Part shown: piece after piece, positions 59,341-64,000 of the stretch | Numbering within the stretch: the first letter of the stretch is position 1 | How the letters are laid out: the number at the start of each line of letters is the position of its first letter | Assembly (NCBI GenBank): GCA_964188305.1 | Contig: OZ076885.1 | Reading direction: 5' to 3' (one strand) | Source of the DNA: Podarcis bocagei | Taxonomy: Eukaryota | DNA: 64,000 nucleotides | Notes under the pieces: model-generated | Database searches by the model: none | What the model was told of the DNA's origin: nothing | What the model saw: only the letters and a program-made list of their open reading frames with translations | Translations under genes and position numbers: made by a program

Positions 59341-60067
59341 AAATAGTCTATATTTATTTGCATGTATAAGCACATTTGCTCTCCTGGATCTCACTCATTA
59401 GACTAGCAGGAGCAGAAACAATGTTCCAGAATTGTGATTCCCAAACAAGAACTACTACAGTACATATAATCTTACATATAATCAAACTAACCCTATGCGG
59501 ATTTAGATGTGCCCAATCCTCCTGAAATTAAATGCCTGTATAGAATCAGGCAAAAGCACTCAACTTTTAATAAAAACAACAAAATGAATTGTAGCTAATG
59601 CTAGAAGCAATAGCTAAAGAGGCCACAATCCATTAGTGAGAATTTGACTGACAATGGGGCAGATGAGTCCCATCGCTACAGCAATTTGTTCCATCAAAGT
59701 ACAAATTGTAGGGGAAAGTGGAAGAAAGTCTATGAAGTGCCATCCTTGTCCTTTCCAGGAACTACTGGTCTGAGCATTTCAAAACACACCTGAAAACATG
59801 CTGGGCTATTTTTATTCTGCTCTAATTATACAAGGAGATTGGACTGGAACCCATTACACTGTAATTTACAATGAGTTCCCCTCACTTAATCCCATTCATG
59901 AACAAAATTAATCTGAGCTGTAAGCCTGACAGTTTGTTGGTGTTCTGGGTAGCCAATGAACCTGCCTTGCAAGTTTACAATGCTTCCAGTTACCTGAGAA
60001 GGAATTGGCAGCACACCAAACCACAGGGAATGTAGCAACACCAGCTGCTCCCCCAGCAGCCATGCCA

Positions 60068-60210
60068 GTTGTTTGTTTATTTGCTACACTGATATCCTGT
60101 CTTTCCTCCAGAGAGCTCAAGGCTGCATACACGGTTCTCCCTCATTCCATTGTATCCTCAAAAAACCAAACAAACGAAAACCACCACAGTGAGGTAGGAT
60201 AGATGAGACG
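60068..60210 (-). mobile_element. Squam3-like SINE 3' fragment
   Basis: TTTATTT tail, ATCCTGTCTTTCCTCCAGAGAGCTCAAGGCTGC, GTGAGGTAGG. Confidence 0.55.
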
Positions 60211-60657
60211 CAGCAGCTCAGGGAAGGATGCACCATGGGAGAATACCTTCCCACAGCTGTATATGGACAAAAAGAGCTGCACAACCAACCCTGCTGCTTT
60301 GAAACAACATGTTCTGCTTGCAGGAGAACCCACGTGCAAAGCCTGACTATGATTTCCCACTAAGAAAAGGCTGGGAGGTGCTAGAGCACAGGGACTACTG
60401 CATGGACTGATGGCCTGGTTCTCATATCCCCCAGGTTGGCTTTTAAGCATCATTCTAGCTACTCGCCTTGGTGCCTGTGTCCTGCTCCCACTACCAGAGG
60501 TGATAGGCCTCTAAATACGAATTGCTAGGAATTACAACCGGGCAGAATGCTGCTGGGCGTGGTCTTCTGGTTGGCTGCTGGAAGAGCAGGAAGCCGGATT
60601 AGATGGGCCTTTGGCCTGATGTAGCAGGGGGGTTCTTATATAGTTTCTGTCCTATGA

Positions 60658-60736
60658 CTCCTGCACTGCAGGAAGTTAGACAAGATGATCCTCAAGGTCC
60701 CTTCCAACTCTGTATTTCTATGATTCTGCGATTCTA
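60658..60736 (+). mobile_element. CR1 LINE 3' terminus with (ATTCTRTG)n-type tail
   Basis: AGATGATCCTCAAGGTCCCTTCCAACTCTGTATTTCTATGATTCTGCGATTCTA is a canonical CR1 3' end. Confidence 0.8.
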
Positions 60737-63350
60737 TCCAGTCACACCTTTCCTTTCCGATTTGCCTGAACCTGCTGATCGTTGCCCAAACAAACATTGC
60801 TGCCCACAGTCCCCTTCCACCTCATGCCATCTGACTACATCATTCTGCACAGGAGTAGTAACAGATTTGTGAAATTTGTCAAGAGCCTTCCCCCCTACCC
60901 TTTTATTTGTGGGGTGTGTTGGCCTTGCAGCCTCTTGGCAATCCATCAGCAGGGTCTCTGGCTATAGCACATCCAAAATACTCCATCCCTGGAGAGTTAG
61001 AGCAGATCCTAAAGCCTTGCAGACCATGCAACTGAAGCACTGGATTGCACTATAATTCACTTGTCATATTAAATCATCTTAAACCATCTGCTGAGAAGTC
61101 ACTGGTCACATAGCTGTTGATTTAGACAATTCAAAAGCACTTTAACCAATTTTCATCCAGCAGTGCCGTTTATAAATTATTTACTCAACTGGTTAAAAGC
61201 ATAACAGAAATCCGCTAATCATTTGCTATCATTGATTTTAAAAGAGGCCAACATAATCACATTATGGAAGCTCATGTTTCTGCTTGGAAAGGTGGTGGTG
61301 CCGACTATGGCCTTCCCTTCTCTTCCGCTAGCCCTGTTTACACTGTTCATTAGTAACTTTCATGTTAAAATCCAATTTGCTTAATGTGTCTATTTATTGA
61401 ATTAGTTTAGTTTTTCTAAGTGAAACAAAATGGCTTTGAATATGAGCCTGCTTTAACAGGGAGTAATTACTTCTATCCACTGAAACAGAAACATCTGAAG
61501 CAGAAATGGTTGGCTTGGGAAGCATTCGTTGCAGCCCAGTCTCCTGCTGACCAGCCTCAAGGGTTTCACTTCTGAAATCTGAAATTTCTTATTTTCCCTG
61601 GAGGGAAAAGGAAGACTCTGCAAGGGAAAGAAAAGAATGGAGGAGCAAGATGTGCAAACCCACCACTGAGGTAGGTGCAAGCAAGTCTCCAAACCATGAT
61701 TCATTTCTTCCCAGTTCCAAACCACATTTGAAAATTAAACACATTGGGTAATGGATTCCCCAACCCCCACCCCTTAACAATTCTCCTCAGCCTCAAGGCT
61801 TTATATAAAATAAATTGGATGCAAGAACATTCTCCACCATCTCCTTAAATCTTGCCATCTGTGCAAGCTAAAAATAAAGTAGCAGCTTAAAGAGGGGCTT
61901 TATAAAATGCAGCACAGAAATGCCTTAAGATTGGCTGGACTCTCTCAAGAAAAAAAATATTATGCTAGGTTACTCCCAGTGTTGAGCACCACAGCCAAGA
62001 TTGCGCTCTGTTTTTCTTCGCAGGCTATTGAAACCTTCAGGATTTTATTCTGTTAATCTGTAAAGGAGGGTGGGTCAGAGTTAGTGGCTGTACTGGAAGA
62101 ACACAAACAGCAGAGGGAGTTGTATTCACTCTTAACACAGAATGTAACAAAAACCTTTCCCCCAGGGAGTCTTTATTTTATTGGCAGTGCTAGCAAATAA
62201 AAGCAAGTTTGTGTTGAAACAGTTAAAAATTCCAGGGTCTTTACTAGTGTAAAGCCACATTTTTCGGATCTCAGCCTGCTACAGTATGAGATTTATGTCT
62301 TCATAGCACTTTCTTCTATCAGCTAGGTTTTACAGGGTCTGGCTGTTTTCACTGACTATCCTTTCAAGTTTCAGGCTTCTGCAATCTTCAGAAGATACTA
62401 TGTGTTTGTACATTTTAAAGGTAAGAAGAGGAACCTGTAATTGTAAAGATGCCTATCCTCAGAAATACCACCATCATGTCCCAAGAGATCATAATTACAG
62501 CTGTTCCTTTTCTACAGCAAACTGACTAGCTGGAATGCTGGCTAGGGCAAAAGTAACTGGTTAGGGGCCCATCCTGTTTGTTGCAAAAACTGCCCTTAGC
62601 CATGGCTGCTTTGCAGCAGAGAGCAGGAGCCAGAGCTTGAAAAGGTGACTTTGCATGTTAAATGTGTCGTTCTTGGCTTTAAAAAGCTTCCTATCCAGGC
62701 AGAACTATGACAGACGCAACAAGGGAGCATTGTATGTAATGGGTTTATTCTGCACAGCAGCTGCCGCCAACTATCAGTAATATACCACAGACTTTCAAAG
62801 AATAGAGCAAGCTTTTTCAATACAATAATCAGAGGACACAAACACAATCATGTTGTTGGTGGGTGATTCACATTGATTAAGCTGTCTGTAAGCTACCCCG
62901 CTGGGTTCCAAATTATTTATTTTCTCTCTTTCCCCCCCTGCTATCATTAAATCTGACAGAGATGAGAAATTCTCCCAAATAGGCAAAATGGACCCCAGGT
63001 TTTTCACAGAGGCAACATAGGAAGCTTCATCAGGTAGAATGAAATGTATTTACAGCTATACTGCCTTCATCCACCCCACAAAAAAGGTATACCTTTAAAA
63101 TATATTTACACAGGGGGTCTTGAAAATGACTTGACTTTACGCCAAGCACAAATCCTCCATATATACCAGTTGTGAACCATTTCATAAATTACATAACATG
63201 AATGTGTGTGTGTGTGTCCTAGTTGTATCATCAAGTCTGTCAATCCTAGCCCCCTGACAAGTGTACCAGAGTTATAGACTGGAGGGGGTATCACACCAAC
63301 TGGTCAGTTTGTTCAGCCCTTGAGGGCTCTAGGGCCTGCTTCTCCATTTA

Positions 63351-63710
63351 GGTAAGGTAAAGGTAAAGGATGGTCAAGTCTGGTCAAAGGCGACCATGGG
63401 GTTGTGACGCTCATCTCGCTTTCAGGCCAAGGGAGCTGGCGTTTGTCCACAGACAGCTTTCTGGGTCATGTGGCCAGCATGACTAAACCGCTTCTAGTGC
63501 AATGGAATACCGTGCTGGAAACCAGAGCACATGGAAATGCTGTTTACCTTCCTGCTGCAGTGGTACCTACTTATCTACTTAAACTGGTGTGCTTTTGAAC
63601 TGCTAGGTTAGCAGAAGCTGGGACAGAGCAATGGGAGCTCACTCCGTTGCGTGGATTCGAACTGCCGATATGCCAATCAGCAAGACCAAGAGGCTCAGTG
63701 ATTTAGACCA
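63351..63710 (-). mobile_element. Sauria SINE (Squam1-type)
   Basis: (AAAGGT)n reverse tail, GCTCATCTC, GTCATGTGGCCAGCATGACT, GTTTACCTTCC..GGTACCTA..TATCTAC, reverse B box GGATTCGAAC. Confidence 0.9.
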
Positions 63711-64000
63711 GTCCCCTTCACTTTCCCCGTGTCTACACCAAGGCCACTTGCCATCTTAAAAAGCTCTGCTGGCTAACACTGAGCCCACTATGATGTATTA
63801 GCTACATATTTTGCAGAGAAAGCAGTTCATATCCAGGCCAATTTAGTTGCCCTAGTGAATACAGAGCTAGAGATGGGTGGAATTAGCACATTGATTATGT
63901 TGTACCCAAAGATGCAGACAATGTGCTCAAAGGTATAAGGTCTACTGTGTGCTCCTTTGACCTTAGAGTCCTTCCTGGATGGTGAAATCTGCTAGAATTG

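Noticed and set aside
56600-64000. Possible 3' end of the convergent neighbour CTTN (adjacent to SHANK2 in mammals)
   Set aside because: No cortactin SH3 exon (ALYDYQA...GLFPANYV) was found on the minus strand within this window.
1-64000. CRISPR arrays, rRNA/tRNA genes, prokaryotic systems
   Set aside because: This is eukaryotic intron-exon DNA. The tRNA-like boxes belong to SINEs, and no regularly spaced repeat array was seen.

Overview
Vertebrate genomic DNA from a squamate; the SINE and MITE repertoire suggests a lacertid lizard. The + strand carries the 3' part of SHANK2 (ProSAP1/CortBP1): a 9-nt microexon (21-29, VDK), a 21-nt microexon (4391-4411, ASVRKKK), exons 26743-26873 and 31532-31643, the 2416-nt proline-rich exon 34376-36791, and the terminal SAM-domain exon 50155-50728, followed by a 4-6 kb 3'UTR. 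All intron phases are consistent. Introns contain SINEs, L2, CR1 and BovB fragments, and hAT and Tc1/mariner MITEs, several with exact TSDs. Highlight 1: a fossil PIF/Harbinger transposon in the 22-kb intron (~20150-22850). Its DDE transposase and Myb-like first exon are decayed, but its 285-codon terminal exon (20622-21478) is fully open. That exon begins at a phase-1 acceptor in frame with the upstream SHANK2 exons, making it a candidate transposon-derived alternative last exon (host-transposon fusion). Highlight 2: a candidate 4-nt microexon (41683-41686) that would frameshift the last exon and give an NMD-escaping SHANK2 without the SAM domain. Both need RNA-seq or comparative confirmation.
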